DNA of 64,000 nt from Granulicella sp. (GCA_027339965.1 DAHWNL010000009.1:29733-93732), one strand, 5' to 3'. Positions 1 through 12,126 are shown, counted from the first letter of the stretch. Notes: generated by a model not told the origin, from the letters alone. A program made the numbers and translations.

Positions 1-166
1 AGTGCCACCATACTCGCGGCTGCGCGCTCTGCGGTGGATGCTGGAAGCCAGCAGCAAGAGATGTATTGCCTGAAGCCGCGCTCGGAACTCCCTGTGACAA
101 TGCAACCTGGACCAAGGCCGGGGATACCGCCACCAATACCATCCATGACTTCCATCTAACGCCCAT
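1..166 (-). CDS. N-terminus of a secreted glycoside hydrolase, GH106 (alpha-L-rhamnosidase)-like; runs off the left edge
   Basis: Not in the ORF track. Manual translation from ATG at 166 (SD AGGAGG upstream): MGVRWKSWMVLVAVSPALVQVALSQGVPSAASGNTSLAAGFQHPPQSAQPRVWWH. This is a signal peptide followed by the F-x-x-P-P-x-x-A-x-P-R-V-W-W-H motif typical of GH106 N-termini. Confidence 0.75.
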   Translation of the reverse strand, partial: MGVRWKSWMVLVAVSPALVQVALSQGVPSAASGNTSLAAGFQHPPQSAQPRVWWH

Positions 167-755
167 CTCCGCTCCTCCTAGCATCAATTCGGGATGAAAC
201 CAGCGCACCTGCACGCCACAGCACACAACCCCACGAGATCCAGTGTCATCTATTGCCTGCCGATCTCGAGTGCGGATATCGCGTCTCTCGTCACTTCATC
301 CTACACCGGTGGAGAATGCGCGTCTTCCAAGATAAGGATGACCGAACTTTGGTTCCGTCGATTCTGATCATTTGTGGCCTTTATGGAACATTCTGGACGA
401 TGCATGGCAATGGCGGTGGAAATGCACTTCTCCCTCTCTCGCAATGAGTAAGGAAGGCGTCCTAGCCTCGCCTGGAACCGCATGGGTTGAACTCGATCCT
501 CCGGCCACTCTATCTTCTATCAGTTTCTATCCAACGCCACTCGCTTCACGCTGGGCCCTCCCTAAAGATTGCACGGCTGCAGATTCGTGTCTAAGACACT
601 GAGAATGCATGGAGTCGACAAGCTTCAGGGCAATAGCGCCTGTTGAACGCCACCTCTCCGCTGCCATCGCTGCAATTGCTTTTTGTTGGGGTTCGCTCCA
701 CCAGTGATTGCCAGCTTTGACATGAAGCCCTCGGAAAACCCGGCCCATATCCTTC

Positions 756-2330
756 TCATCCTTGCAGGATCGCATCTGGGGTGTGGTCCCCCGTCTCCCT
801 CCGAAGTTCCTCCAGGCGCGCAGCCAGTCTACGCTGCAGTTGGGAGTGGGCGGGACTCCCTGCAAGGTTGGTCAGCTCACCTGGATCTTCCTTGAGGTCA
901 TACAACTCATACTCTTGGGGGTCAAGGAAATAATGGATATACTTGTAGCGCTCCGTCCTGACTCCTCGATGAGGCCGGACTTGCTCGCCTCCTGGGTAAT
1001 CGTAGTATTCATACAACCAGTCCTTCCGCCACTCCGTCTGCTTCCCCTGTGCAAGATCGACCAGGCTCTTCCCCTGCATGGCCACCGGAACAGGAACTCC
1101 GGCTAATTCCAGCAGTGTTGGCGCAAAGTCCAGGTTGAGCACCATCTCGTCTATCCTCGTTCCGGCTTTAAACATCTTCGGGAAGCGTATCATGGCTGGC
1201 GTGCGTATCGATGGCTCATGCATAAAGCGCTTGTCAAAGCAGCGCCATTCGCCAAGGAAATATCCATGATCGGAGCTATGCAAAATCACAGTTTCATCGA
1301 TCTGGTTGGACGACTCGAGATAGCTTAGAATCTTTCCAATATTGTCATCGACCGCTCGAAACCCTGCGTAGTAGTCCTTGACAAGGCCTTCCAAATTCCG
1401 TGCGCGGTCCCATGTCTCGATTGTGCCGATTTTATTCTGAGCATCTATAAAAGCATGCGGTTTCCCTCCGGGCCAGCCTTGCAGGTCAGCGTCAAATGTG
1501 GAAGGAACTGGTATCGAATCACCGTTGTAGAGGTTTAGATACCGTCTTGGACGATAGTACGGCCCATGTGGGGCTTGATGACACAATAACAGACAGAATG
1601 GTTGCTCTCGCTCTTCCTTCAGCCATTCCAGGGCTTTGTCAGTAAACCAGTCGTCAGCATATTCTCCCGTCCAATCCAGCGCAGGGCTATTCGGGAAATC
1701 ATCATGAAAGCTGCCCCGATAGGTCCTCTCCCCACCCATCTTGCCCTTCCTGCCCTCAAAGTAGGAGGGCCGGAAGTAGTCTGTTACTGGCGCGTTAAAG
1801 GCGCAGTAGTAGTCCCAATAGCGTTCGCGCAGCCCGTTGGGCAGGTGCGCTTTATCTATGATCGCAACCTCGTATCCTGCTTGATGCAACAAGTCCGTAA
1901 AGACAGGGATATCGGCGGGGAGAGCCCGATTTGCATCATTCCCGTATGCTCCAGTTGTGTGCGAATAAAGGCCTGTCATGGTAGCCGTTCGCGCAGGCGC
2001 ACACAGCGCATTCATGCAGAACGAGTTGTTGAAATACACACCTTCTTGAGCAATCCGATCCATATTGGGAGTTTTGAGCAGCTGATTCCCATTGAAGCTG
2101 AGGGCATCCGGACGCTGGGCTTCCGTGTAGAAGAAGACGATATTGGGGCGCTTTCTATTCAAGGGATTTAAAGCCCTATCTCTCCTCGATGCGGGGCTAG
2201 CCTCCATCGTTGTCGGGCCATTGATCATGGCTCCGGCTACTGCTGCCCCAGCCACGGCCGCCCCGCTTTTCAGAAAGGTCCGTCTGGAAGAAGAACCAGC
2301 TCTGGAGCCTGCTTCAAATTCATCTGACAT
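756..2330 (-). CDS. Tat-exported Cys-type (formylglycine) sulfatase, S1 family
   Basis: Tat motif SRRTFLK; PNIVFF N-terminal strand; signature CAPARTATMTG (CxPxR); SSDHG metal motif; YELYDLKEDPGE C-terminal motif. Start is ATG 2330 or 2354. Confidence 0.92.
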   Translation of the reverse strand: MSDEFEAGSRAGSSSRRTFLKSGAAVAGAAVAGAMINGPTTMEASPASRRDRALNPLNRKRPNIVFFYTEAQRPDALSFNGNQLLKTPNMDRIAQEGVYFNNSFCMNALCAPARTATMTGLYSHTTGAYGNDANRALPADIPVFTDLLHQAGYEVAIIDKAHLPNGLRERYWDYYCAFNAPVTDYFRPSYFEGRKGKMGGERTYRGSFHDDFPNSPALDWTGEYADDWFTDKALEWLKEEREQPFCLLLCHQAPHGPYYRPRRYLNLYNGDSIPVPSTFDADLQGWPGGKPHAFIDAQNKIGTIETWDRARNLEGLVKDYYAGFRAVDDNIGKILSYLESSNQIDETVILHSSDHGYFLGEWRCFDKRFMHEPSIRTPAMIRFPKMFKAGTRIDEMVLNLDFAPTLLELAGVPVPVAMQGKSLVDLAQGKQTEWRKDWLYEYYDYPGGEQVRPHRGVRTERYKYIHYFLDPQEYELYDLKEDPGELTNLAGSPAHSQLQRRLAARLEELRRETGDHTPDAILQG

Positions 2331-3259
2331 CTTTATCTCATCCTCTCTCATCATCTGCTTGTGAGGCTAGATCAGCGACATCTTCGGTCTGGGCCTCTCC
2401 GTGGGCTTTCCAGGTTCAGGAGGCATTGCCTTCCAGCTTCGGGTTTAACTTTCCATTTTGATCGCGCACGGCCCCTGATAATGATAAGATCAGTGGTTAC
2501 GGGACTGCCACAATGGCTACGTTCGCCGCGCTCGACAGCGACTCTATTCGCGCAATCGGCCGTCTACCACGCTTTGATCACAAGCGAAGTGATGACTCCC
2601 TTCTCATCCGAGCAGGGGGAGACTTGCACAGCGCTCAATGGCAAAGGAATCAAGCCAGAACATTGCGGTCATGATTTGTCCGCCGGCCATGGCTTCAGGA
2701 CAGTAAGAACATTATTTAGAATACACCTTCGCAGGTTCGCTGCACATCGAGCGGAGCTGTGACAGGTCTTTGCGACATCGTCTGGCTCCACTCTACAACG
2801 AGCTGCTTTGTTGGGGTGAATGATGCGCATGATGTCACAGAGTTGACAGATTCATACACGGATGCTGAAGAGACTGACATCTTGGCTGCTATCTCCAGCC
2901 CAATGGCCCCGTCAGGAGCCGCTTCCACAGAGTCTCATTTCCTATGAATACATTCCTTACAGGATTTCGAGAGTACCGAGCGATCGACTCCGTCCCAGGC
3001 TGCTTGGGGAACGGTCCAGCCCGATTCATCTGAAATGATATGTTGATGAATTCCAAATTGGCTACACTGTCGTGTATTGACTCACGCAACGGCTATCGGG
3101 TTGAAGGTCGGCAGGTAGAGGATCGACTCAAAGTCCAAGGGTTTCGCTAAAGCCGCAAGAGAGGCTCCGCGTTGGGTAGAAATGCAGGCCACCCTCCCGG
3201 CCTTTGTTCAGGTCCTCCATGCGGCGTCGCCGCTACTGGAGGCACCTTTGAGACCAATG

Positions 3260-3296
3260 CTGAAGGCCGGCCGCCTGAAAGGCAGCCGGCCTTCAG
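3260..3296 (-). terminator. Strong hairpin just downstream of the TonB-dependent receptor (terminator or mRNA-stabilising stem)
   Basis: ctgaaggccggc(3260-3271)...gccggccttcag(3285-3296) is a perfect 12-bp inverted repeat. It extends on the minus strand through a U-G pair and gcct/aggc. There is no clear U-tract. Confidence 0.55.
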
Positions 3297-3311
3297 AGCA
3301 GGTTGTGGACG

Positions 3312-6300
3312 CTAGAAGTTGAACTGCAGGCCGATTTGCATGTTCCTGGGACCGTTCCCTTGATTCGTGATGTGGCCGAAGTCTGGCGAAGTAAAGTTCG
3401 TGTTTGGAAAGCCCCAGATCACCTGGTTGAGCACATTGTTAGCGGTGGCTCGGAACATGATGGAATCCTTGCTGGTGACATAGAAGTTCTTGTTGATGGC
3501 TGCATCGATGTTATAGTAGGCCGGGCCACGATAGTTCCCTAGAATTCGTGGTGCGTTGCCAAAGGTGAACGGAGCCGGCTGGCTAAATGCGGCTGGATTG
3601 AAATAGCCATTCAGCCTCGCAAAGACGGATCCAGGCATCTTGTATGAGGTTCCGGTCAAGTTTGGGCGCTCCTCGTTGTTTCCGGCATCCGCAGTGTTGT
3701 CCGTGTTGATGCCGATCTCGCCGCCACTTTGATCCGTGTCAATCACGTTCACCATCCAGCCACCCAGGAAGCCGTTGACCAGCCAGTTCCAGTTACCGCC
3801 CCAATGCTCACCGTGACCAAAGGGTAGCGTGTAATCCGCGGCTATGGTCAGATCCTGGGGTGTCAGGTTGGCTGAGATAGATCTTTCACCATTGTCGTTA
3901 TAAATGTTCTGAATGCCCGCCGAACCGCCATCATTGATGATGTTTGAGTAATCGTCAATTTGCTTCTGGTAGGTGTAAGCCAATGTCCCGGTGAGCCCGT
4001 GGGATAGCTGCTTCTCAATTTTCACCTGGATGGATTGGTAGTCTTCATAACCTCCTGTGGGGAACAGGTAGCCCACGGACGTGTATTGGGGGAATGGGGC
4101 CACCAGATACCTTTCCGCGATCGTCGGTAGCGATTCCGTCCCGTTCTGTATAACGCCATAGAACGGATTGGGCACTTCTTGCTGCAGTTTCGTGCCGAGC
4201 GCAAGATCCGCGGAAGTAAGCTGATCGGCGTTCCAATTCCCCGATCCGCCCTTGTTTAGATGGATTCCATGGCTGCCAACGTAGGCTACGCTAATTACGG
4301 AGTTCCAGGGTAGAACACGTTGGATATCCAGGTTCCAGTTTTCGTTGTATGGCACCTGATTATCCCCCATCTCCGACTCCACGAGACCTTGGCCGAGGGC
4401 CGTCAGCAGGCCGGCGGATGAACCAGTAACCTGATTCAGACCGGTCGGAAAAGGGTTATCTATGTACGTGGTCGGAGTGAGGTTATTTTGGCTTGCGACG
4501 TAGTTGGTTGTTGCGCTAAAGCCCTGCGAGCCCTCATTAGCATGAGCTGCGTGATAGGACGCACCGTAGAAGATGCCATATCCGCCACGTATAACGATCT
4601 TCTGTGTAAGCTGATAGGCGAATCCGAATCGGGGATCAAAGTTGAGGAACTGGGGCGAGTCAATACGGCGAGGCACTCCGTTCACGTTGGGATAAATCAG
4701 ACCACCCACCAGGTTGGGTAGACCAGTCTCCGAGCTCAGTTGATTCTGCAATGCATTTGGATCAAAGATCGTGAATGCGTTAAGCTTCTCCAACATCGGA
4801 AGATCCAGATCATAACGCAGACCCATATTGAGCGTCAGACGACGAGTTGGGTTCCAATCATCCTGGATGAAAAGTCCGATATATTGACTATCATCTGTAT
4901 TGCTCCCGAGAGGTGTGGTCTCTGTGCCGTTTGCTAAGCCCAAAAGAAATGTGGCAAACCCGTCACCGGCATTAATAGTCGCTACATCTGGATTTGGACC
5001 TTGGGTTAATTCTCTGGCGAAGTTAAAAACAAAGTTTGGCGCTGCCGAATTCGTTTGACCTGTTTGCAGATAACGGAACTCACCGCCGAACTTGAGAACG
5101 TTATTTCCCAGGGTCATGGTATTTGTCAGAGCGTAGATGCTTGTTTCATAAAAATCGACTCGAGTGACATTCGGCCCCGCATCGCCAAGGCCCACATAAC
5201 CGGCAATACTGAAGGTTGGGAAGACATTGGGTTGAGAAAATTCGCTGGCGGGCAGGCCAAGTCCCTGGGCGGCGTTATAAAACTGGTTGTTAGCGATAAA
5301 GCCGAGGCTGATTTTGGAAAATCCGTAGCGGCCCTCCAAGACGTCCTTTGGCGAGATCATGTAGGTATCATCCACCGATACGCTGTTGGATATTTGGTTG
5401 TGGGTCTGACCGCCTTCTCCGGGCTGATCGGCAACAGGGAACTGGTAGACTTCAGGGGCGACGTTGCTTTGATGGGAGTAGCGGACGAAGAAATGGTTCT
5501 TGACACCCAGGTTCTGATCAAACTTCATATCGAGAGTCTTGGTGGTGTTTTGGGTCGGTTCAGTATGGAAGTAGTTGTTGATGTTGGGAACACTGCCCGG
5601 TGTGGTTGTATTCGGCAGAGGCATGTACTGCATAGCCTTCAAGGCTATTGGATTTATGCGGGACTGTGGAATGATGTTTCCAGGAAATGCCTGGCGCGTA
5701 AACTGGCCTTGCGCGTTGGGAGTCGTTGTTGTGGTTGTCGGGTCGTAGATTGTGATCAAATTCCCCTGAGCATCCAGGTCGCTTGAAAAATCTCCACTCC
5801 GTTCCGCTACGGTTGGAACGGTTGTAAGGAAATTGGCTGACCCTGGGCTGAGATGCTCTTCGTAAGACACGAAGAAGAAGGTCTTGTTCCTGCCGTTATA
5901 GAGCTTTGGTATCCACACTGGCCCTCCCACGTCTCCACCGAACCAGTTTTGGTGAAACGGCGCCAGGGGCTGGTTGTGAAGATTGCCGAAGTATGTGTTG
6001 GCATCCATCGCTGAGTTCTGGTAATACTCGAACGCATTTCCGTGGTATTGGTTTGTACCCGACTTGTAAATCATGTTCACGATGCCGCCGCCGGAACGCC
6101 CGTAATCGGCATCATAGTTCGACGTCATCATCTGCACCTGGTCGATTCCAAGCAAGGTCGGAAACACTGCGAAGCCATTGATCGGGTTCGAAAGGGAGGG
6201 CGCAGACGGAATACCGTCAATCAAGATGTCGGCCGATGCCGGGCGGCCGCCATCCACCGACAGATCAAATGAGTTATAGCTGCCACCTGTCCCTCCGGTG

Positions 6301-6908
6301 GTCCCGGTGGCCAGGAACATGTTGCTGTAAACGTTCCGGCTGAGATTGGGAAGATTATCAATCTCCGTTCTGTCGATATTGGTCCCGAGGGTGTCGTTTG
6401 TGGTCTTGAGCAGGCTGACGTTGGCAACCACATTGGTGGTTTCGCTCTGCGCACCAACCTGCAGCGCGACATCCACCCGGCCGGTCTGATTCAAGACCAG
6501 CATGATGCCGGAGCGCACTTCGGTCTTGAAGCCGGCATGGCTGATAGTAACTGTGTATGGGCCACCCACTCTGATATCCGTGAAGTGAAAATGCCCGGCG
6601 TGATCGGTGAGCGTCGCGTATTTTCCACCTGTCTCCGTATCAAGGAGCTTGACGTTCGCTCCTTGCACCACGGCGCCGCTGCTGTCAGTCACTGTTCCGT
6701 CCAAACCCGAGCCGACAAGCTGCGCGTAGACGTGGGCTTGGAAGACAAGGACCAGACACAAGAGCGCCAGATACAGTCCAAGATGCCGAGGGTGGAAGCA
6801 AAGACGAGCGAAGCTTCGTCCTTCGTAATGAGATTGCGCCGGATTCGTGTTCACATTTTCAACAAGCATGTATTCCTGGGGGGATGTCAAGCATTCCGTG
6901 TGTTTCAT
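3312..6908 (-). CDS. TonB-dependent receptor with N-terminal carboxypeptidase-regulatory-like domain (acidobacterial Oar-like type)
   Basis: 1198 aa; GTVTDSSGAVVQGANV prealbumin-like domain; YGRSGGGIVN plug motif; FIQDDWNPTRRLTLNMGLRYD; FDPRFGFAY; C-terminal PRNMQIGLQFNF ending in Phe; SD AAGGAG. Confidence 0.95.
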   Translation of the reverse strand: MKHTECLTSPQEYMLVENVNTNPAQSHYEGRSFARLCFHPRHLGLYLALLCLVLVFQAHVYAQLVGSGLDGTVTDSSGAVVQGANVKLLDTETGGKYATLTDHAGHFHFTDIRVGGPYTVTISHAGFKTEVRSGIMLVLNQTGRVDVALQVGAQSETTNVVANVSLLKTTNDTLGTNIDRTEIDNLPNLSRNVYSNMFLATGTTGGTGGSYNSFDLSVDGGRPASADILIDGIPSAPSLSNPINGFAVFPTLLGIDQVQMMTSNYDADYGRSGGGIVNMIYKSGTNQYHGNAFEYYQNSAMDANTYFGNLHNQPLAPFHQNWFGGDVGGPVWIPKLYNGRNKTFFFVSYEEHLSPGSANFLTTVPTVAERSGDFSSDLDAQGNLITIYDPTTTTTTPNAQGQFTRQAFPGNIIPQSRINPIALKAMQYMPLPNTTTPGSVPNINNYFHTEPTQNTTKTLDMKFDQNLGVKNHFFVRYSHQSNVAPEVYQFPVADQPGEGGQTHNQISNSVSVDDTYMISPKDVLEGRYGFSKISLGFIANNQFYNAAQGLGLPASEFSQPNVFPTFSIAGYVGLGDAGPNVTRVDFYETSIYALTNTMTLGNNVLKFGGEFRYLQTGQTNSAAPNFVFNFARELTQGPNPDVATINAGDGFATFLLGLANGTETTPLGSNTDDSQYIGLFIQDDWNPTRRLTLNMGLRYDLDLPMLEKLNAFTIFDPNALQNQLSSETGLPNLVGGLIYPNVNGVPRRIDSPQFLNFDPRFGFAYQLTQKIVIRGGYGIFYGASYHAAHANEGSQGFSATTNYVASQNNLTPTTYIDNPFPTGLNQVTGSSAGLLTALGQGLVESEMGDNQVPYNENWNLDIQRVLPWNSVISVAYVGSHGIHLNKGGSGNWNADQLTSADLALGTKLQQEVPNPFYGVIQNGTESLPTIAERYLVAPFPQYTSVGYLFPTGGYEDYQSIQVKIEKQLSHGLTGTLAYTYQKQIDDYSNIINDGGSAGIQNIYNDNGERSISANLTPQDLTIAADYTLPFGHGEHWGGNWNWLVNGFLGGWMVNVIDTDQSGGEIGINTDNTADAGNNEERPNLTGTSYKMPGSVFARLNGYFNPAAFSQPAPFTFGNAPRILGNYRGPAYYNIDAAINKNFYVTSKDSIMFRATANNVLNQVIWGFPNTNFTSPDFGHITNQGNGPRNMQIGLQFNF

Positions 6909-6937
6909 GGGGACTGTCTCCTTATAGAAGCGCGGCC

Positions 6938-6967
6938 ATGATGCAAGCGATGATGCAAGCGATTGCT
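6938..6967. promoter_or_regulatory. Candidate LacI-family operator within a 12-bp tandem duplication
   Basis: atgatgcaagcg repeated at 6938-6949 and 6950-6961. The sequence tgcaagcgattgct (6954-6967) fits TGnAAnCGnTTnCA at all but the last position, about 45 bp upstream of the receptor start. Confidence 0.45.
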
Positions 6968-8039
6968 TCAGCGGCAGGCTAAGGCATGGCCGGCTTAAGA
7001 ATGGATTTCAAGTGCGTTACTGGCAAAAGACTCTGCTTCTTTGTGCTTTATCGCCTCAAGCTTTCTCTCTTTGAGGCGCTTCGGGTTTTAGTACGGGTTC
7101 TAGATTCGGGATGACGTTGCGTTCATACAGATCCTCCGCTGGAAAGTCTCAAGCTGCCCTCGGCTTTTCAGGGCGAAGCTGTTGAAATTTATGCCTTGAG
7201 ATTCGCGAGCCGGAAATAAGAGGATCTCTTTAAGTCGAGGATACCGGGCTGCAAGACGACGAACGTCAAACTTCAAAGGAGAACCAGTTTTGCGATAGGG
7301 TTTGCGGATGATCGTTGATTCCCGATCAAGAGCACTTGGAGGTTTTGCCTTCGAAGCAGGTTGGGCAGAGAAGGCCGCTATGGTTGGTCGTGGCGGGACA
7401 TAGAACGAATTTGGATTGAGGGACAAACCCGGGAGCAATTGAGAAGACGATCCGAGTCATGAATTGGGATGTTTTACGGAGTCCCCTGCTAAGCGTCTGG
7501 CTGAAGCAACGTTCGGTGGAAATCGAAGATCTGTGCCGCTCGGCACTCCACCCATGCCTGCGGCTCTTCCAGAGTGTAAAAGCTTACAGCCATTTACTAG
7601 GTTGAGCATACTCGCGGCTGGGTCGCACACCTCGCCGGGTGGAGACGCTTCGCCAAGATACTTTTGCCGGTAGACCATAGAATGGACGTTTCTTTCACTT
7701 CATGTTTGTTAATTCGATAAAATTGCTATCAAAGGGACGATACGACCCTCAATGTGCAGATGTCAATAGAAATTTTTTGTCAATTGAGGTCGGTTTGACG
7801 ATCCGGAAGGGCGGCTGCGGATCAAACCAATCAAACAGGATTGGGCTCTACCCCCGTATCCCCGGTGGCTCTGGGGAGCTAGCCAGACGAAGGTCCCACC
7901 ATCCATCGAGCCGCTTACAGAATTCCGCGTATCGCCGGAATTTGGAATTCACGAATAGGGGCGTGGGTTGGTGGCATTGGAGTCGGGTTGCAACGCTCAT
8001 CCCTTTGCGGAGCGATCCCGCCTGGCGCGGGAAAGCGTT

Positions 8040-8350
8040 TTTAGCCTGTTGCAGCCATTGCAGTGTATCCCTCCGAGCGTTCTGTTTCCCACGCTCGAAC
8101 GTGAATGGGGGCCTTTCTCCAACCAGCATCGCCAACGGGTGGAGGGCCTCGCCCGGCCAAGGTTGCGCCCCGGTGGCCCCGCGGATGGGCGGCGTGGGCC
8201 GTCCGGCGCGGCATCGGCGAGCCATCGCCCGGGCCTTCCTGGCCATATGGCGGCTCCGAACCTGAACTCCCCGCGGCAGTCGCTGGACCGTCTGGCGGGC
8301 GACGAAGCCTTACGGCGGCTGTGTGGCGGGAACAGCGTGCGCGAAGGGCC
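8040..8350 (+). pseudogene. Frameshifted remnant of a DDE transposase N-terminus (DUF772-like; family uncertain)
   Basis: Segments LFPTLEREWGPFSNQHRQRV, GRPARHRRAIARAFLA and NLNSPRQSLDRLAGDEALRRLCG are colinear but split over two frames. They resemble a recurrent transposase N-terminal pattern (GRP..RRAIARAF.A...L.DRL..D..LRRLCG). Confidence 0.6.
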
Positions 8351-8848
8351 GCGTCAGCGGTGGTCCAGGCCAAGCCCGCGCGGCCCCGGGACAAGCGAGG
8401 CCGTTCCGGGAAGGGCGAGGGTGGAGGATGCGTCCCTGCCCAGGACGGCGCGCCTTGAGCGACAGCGCGCGATGACTCTAACAAGGAGATGAAGGCCGTC
8501 TTCCTGAATCTGGAAGCGATGCCCCGGACGTCCACGAACTTTTATCCCGAGCTCCTGAACGGCTTGGCGATGTACGCACTTGATTCGCTCAGCAACGCGG
8601 AGATTGATGGCCCAATCAGGCTCTCCCGAGGAGCGGGTTTGTGAGTGCCTTGTCCTCAGCAGCATTCCGCGGTTGCGGCGTATCGCGGATGCTGCCGGGC
8701 GGCCATTGGCCAACAGATCGCCTCCCACAATCAAAGGCCGAAAGAGGAATCCCCGGCGAAGCAAAAGCGGGTCGAGATCGGGTCAGGGATGCGGAACCTT
8801 GACCCGTCGGCGACGCATGGGCGCTACCCTTTTTTGTTGTGGCCCCGG

Positions 8849-9619
8849 CTATCGGGAGATCCCTTCCAACGGCGAGCTGGCGGTTGCGTAGAGCTTCTTG
8901 CCCATTCTTCCGGCCAGAAACGCCTCGCGCCCGGCATCCACCGCCTTCTTCATGGCGCTGGCCATCAGCACCGGCAGTCTGGAGGCAGCCATCGCCGTAT
9001 TCAAGAGCACTCCGTCGAAGCCCATCTCCATGGCCAGCGCGGCATCGCTGGCCGTGCCCAGGCCCGCATCCACAATCAATGGAACCTCTTGAATGAGCTC
9101 GCGCATCATGCGCAGCGTATACGTGTTCGCGATCCCCAGCCCCGTGCCGATCGGCGCACCCAAGGGCATCACGGCGGAGGCCCCGGCATCGATCAGCCGC
9201 TTGGCAAACACAATGTCATCCGTGGTGTACGGCAGCACGGTAAAGCCTTCCTTCACCAGCACTTGGGTAGCTTCAACGGTCGCCTGAACATCCGGATAGA
9301 GCGTCGCCATATCACCGATCACTTCAATCTTCACCCAATCGGAGAGCCCCACCGCGCGTCCCAGACGGGCCGCGCGGATCGCCTCCTCGGCAGTGAAGCA
9401 GCCGGCGGTGTTGGGCAGCAGAAAATATCTCTTCGGATCGATAAAATCCAGCAGCGATTCTTTGCTACGATCCAGCTCGACACGCCGCACCGCTACCGTC
9501 ACCATCTCCGCTCCAGAGGCCTCAATGGCAGCCTTGGTCTCGGCCCCGTCCTTGTACTTCCCGGTTCCAACGATCAGCCTGGAGAGAAATGCTTTGCCTG
9601 CAATCTTCAATTCGTCCAT
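8849..9619 (-). CDS. thiG: Thiazole synthase
   Basis: [66 protein letters not shown]. Start at ATG 9619 gives 256 aa. Confidence 0.97.
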   Translation of the reverse strand: MDELKIAGKAFLSRLIVGTGKYKDGAETKAAIEASGAEMVTVAVRRVELDRSKESLLDFIDPKRYFLLPNTAGCFTAEEAIRAARLGRAVGLSDWVKIEVIGDMATLYPDVQATVEATQVLVKEGFTVLPYTTDDIVFAKRLIDAGASAVMPLGAPIGTGLGIANTYTLRMMRELIQEVPLIVDAGLGTASDAALAMEMGFDGVLLNTAMAASRLPVLMASAMKKAVDAGREAFLAGRMGKKLYATASSPLEGISR

Positions 9620-9837
9620 AACCCAGATTTTATTGCACCTGTCCCCGGCACCGAGCGAGGGGCGGATGGTAACCAAATCCGATGATCGGAGACTGAGCAC
9701 GGAGCCCGCTGCCTGTCTTGGGGTCCTCCGCCGGCTGTGCGGCCATCGCAGGCCCGCGGCATTGGAACCGTACCTCTTTTTCTTCTTTCCGCGCAGAAAC
9801 ACCCAGCCAACCGTGTACTCGGCGCTATAGTGTTGGC

Positions 9838-12126
9838 ATGCCGAATCTTCGCTCCCGCCGCAGCGCCGGCCTTCTGCTCACCCTGGCCTGCTTCGTCGCG
9901 GGCGCCCAGACGCCTGCCAAGCCGGCGTCGGCCTCCGTCGCCCCCGCCCAGGCCGTCCTGCGGCGCCTCATGCCCCACCTCGCGCCCCAGTTTCACCTCA
10001 CGCTCAAGCCGGGCCAGCCTGATGCCTTCCGGATCTTCGGCGCTCCTGGCTCCATCCACGTTGAGGCAGCTACCATCCCAACCCTTCTCTACGGCGTTAA
10101 CTGGTATCTGAAGTACGTCGCCCACCTTAATGTCTCCACCAACGGGCTGCGGCTCGGCTCGCCCAACCTGGTTCTGCCCGCGCCCTCCGCGCCCATTGAA
10201 AAACCTGCGCTGTACAAGATTCGCTATGCGCTCAATGAGAACGTGGACGGCTACGCCGGCCCATACTGGAGCGATGCCCGCTGGCAGCGTGAGATCGATA
10301 TCCTCGCTCTCTCCGGCGCCAACGCCATTTTGATCGAGCGCGGCACCGACCTGGTCCTCTACCAGACCTTCCGCGACGCCGGTTACTCCGACCTGGCCAT
10401 CCGCAAATGGATCACGCAGCCTGCTCACCAGAACTGGCAGCTCATGGGCAACATGTGCTGCTTCGACGAGCCCATCTCTCTGCAACTTTTGCGCAAGCGC
10501 GCCGCCTCCGCCCAGCGCCTCATCGCCAGCCTTCGCGCACTCGGCATCACCCCGGTCCTGCCCGGCTACTATGGCATGGTCCCTGGAGACTTCGCCAGGC
10601 TCCATCCCGGCGCCCACGTCAGCGCCCAGGGCGACTGGAACGGCTTTCCCCGTCCCGGTTGGATCGATCCCCGGGACCCCAGTTTCATCTCCCTGGCCGC
10701 CAGCTTCTATCGGCGCCAGCGCGATCTCTTTGGCGATACCTCCATCTATGACATGGAGATTCTTCAGGAGGGCGGATCCACCGGGGACGTCCCCCCCGGC
10801 GCCGCCGCCAAACGCATCCAGGCCGCGCTGGAAGCAGCCCATCCCGGCGCCCTCTGGTTCATGATGGCCTGGCAGAAAAATCCGCTCCCAGCCGTCATCT
10901 CCGCCCTGGACACCTCCCACGTCCTCATCGCCGACATCGAACAGGGCCGCATCGCGCGCAGCGACCGCGACCAGCAGTTCCACGGCGCCGACTGGCTCTT
11001 TGGTGGCCTATGGGAGTTCGGCGGCCGCACCACCCTCGGCGCACCCCTCTACGATTACGCTGTACGCTTCCCGAACATGGCTGCGAAGCCCGGCTCCCAC
11101 ATCGTCGGCACAGCTCTGTTCACAGAAGGCCTGGACACCAATCCCTTCGCCTTCGATCTCTATACCGAGATGGCCTGGCACAGGCATCCGGTTGACCTGA
11201 ACGCCTGGACCCAACAGTACGCCCTCCGCCGCTACGGCAGCCCTACGCGCAACGGCCAGCCGGATCCCCACGCCCTCCGCGCCTGGCAGATTCTGCTCCA
11301 CACCGCCTACGGCTACCATGCGGGTGACGGAACCGCCAAGGGCAGCAGCGAGGGCGACGCCGCGCAGGACTCCCTCTTCAACGCCCAGCCGGACCTCACC
11401 ACCACCCACGCCGGCGTCTGGGCCCCCCATGGCGCGCACTACTCGCTCGCTGACCTCCAGCCCGCCCTGACCGAACTCCTCCAGGTGGCACCCTCGCTCC
11501 GCCACACCGAGACCTACCAGTACGACCTGGTCGACATTGCCCGCCAGGTGATGGCCAATCAGGCCCGCGTCCTGCTGCCCGAGATCCACGCCGCCTACGT
11601 CTCCGGCGACCGCGAGGCCTACGTCGCCCTCACCCGCCACTGGATGCGTGACATGCGTCTCCAGGACAACCTGCTCGCCACGAATTCTTACTTCCTGCTT
11701 GGACGCTGGCTCGGCTACATTCCACCCTGGGCTTCATCCCCGGAGGAACTCCGCCGGCTCAACTACGACGACCGCTCGATCCTAACTACCTGGGGCGACA
11801 GCAAAGCCTCGGAGTCCAGCCTCCACGAGTACGCCAACCGCGACTACGCGGGCCTGACCTCAACCTACTACGCAGCGCGCTGGCAGCTTTACTTCCACTC
11901 CCTGCTGATCGCCATGGACGCCAACACCACCCCAAAACCAATCGACTGGTACGCCTTTGGAGATGCCTGGAACCATCGCATGACCAGCTTCCCCGCCAAC
12001 CCTGTCGGCAACCCCTACACCGCCGCTAGGGCTATTGCCAACGATCTCGAACTGATCCCCGAGCGACCCAAAGACCCGGAGAAGCCAAAGACTTCCCAGC
12101 GGAAGCTGCGTGCCGGTAACCCCTGA
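9838..12126 (+). CDS. Secreted alpha-N-acetylglucosaminidase, GH89
   Basis: Signal peptide; [21 protein letters not shown]...[47 protein letters not shown]....LHEYANR.YAGL...YY..RW. Confidence 0.93.
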   Translation: MPNLRSRRSAGLLLTLACFVAGAQTPAKPASASVAPAQAVLRRLMPHLAPQFHLTLKPGQPDAFRIFGAPGSIHVEAATIPTLLYGVNWYLKYVAHLNVSTNGLRLGSPNLVLPAPSAPIEKPALYKIRYALNENVDGYAGPYWSDARWQREIDILALSGANAILIERGTDLVLYQTFRDAGYSDLAIRKWITQPAHQNWQLMGNMCCFDEPISLQLLRKRAASAQRLIASLRALGITPVLPGYYGMVPGDFARLHPGAHVSAQGDWNGFPRPGWIDPRDPSFISLAASFYRRQRDLFGDTSIYDMEILQEGGSTGDVPPGAAAKRIQAALEAAHPGALWFMMAWQKNPLPAVISALDTSHVLIADIEQGRIARSDRDQQFHGADWLFGGLWEFGGRTTLGAPLYDYAVRFPNMAAKPGSHIVGTALFTEGLDTNPFAFDLYTEMAWHRHPVDLNAWTQQYALRRYGSPTRNGQPDPHALRAWQILLHTAYGYHAGDGTAKGSSEGDAAQDSLFNAQPDLTTTHAGVWAPHGAHYSLADLQPALTELLQVAPSLRHTETYQYDLVDIARQVMANQARVLLPEIHAAYVSGDREAYVALTRHWMRDMRLQDNLLATNSYFLLGRWLGYIPPWASSPEELRRLNYDDRSILTTWGDSKASESSLHEYANRDYAGLTSTYYAARWQLYFHSLLIAMDANTTPKPIDWYAFGDAWNHRMTSFPANPVGNPYTAARAIANDLELIPERPKDPEKPKTSQRKLRAGNP

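Noticed and set aside
2477..2495. Fur-box-like GATAATGATAA
   Set aside because: Only the left part matches the 19-bp consensus, and there is no iron-related gene context.
9620..9837. TPP riboswitch upstream of thiG
   Set aside because: No CTGAGA / CCTGA...TAAT...GGGA core on the thiG strand; a -10 box sits directly before the ATG.
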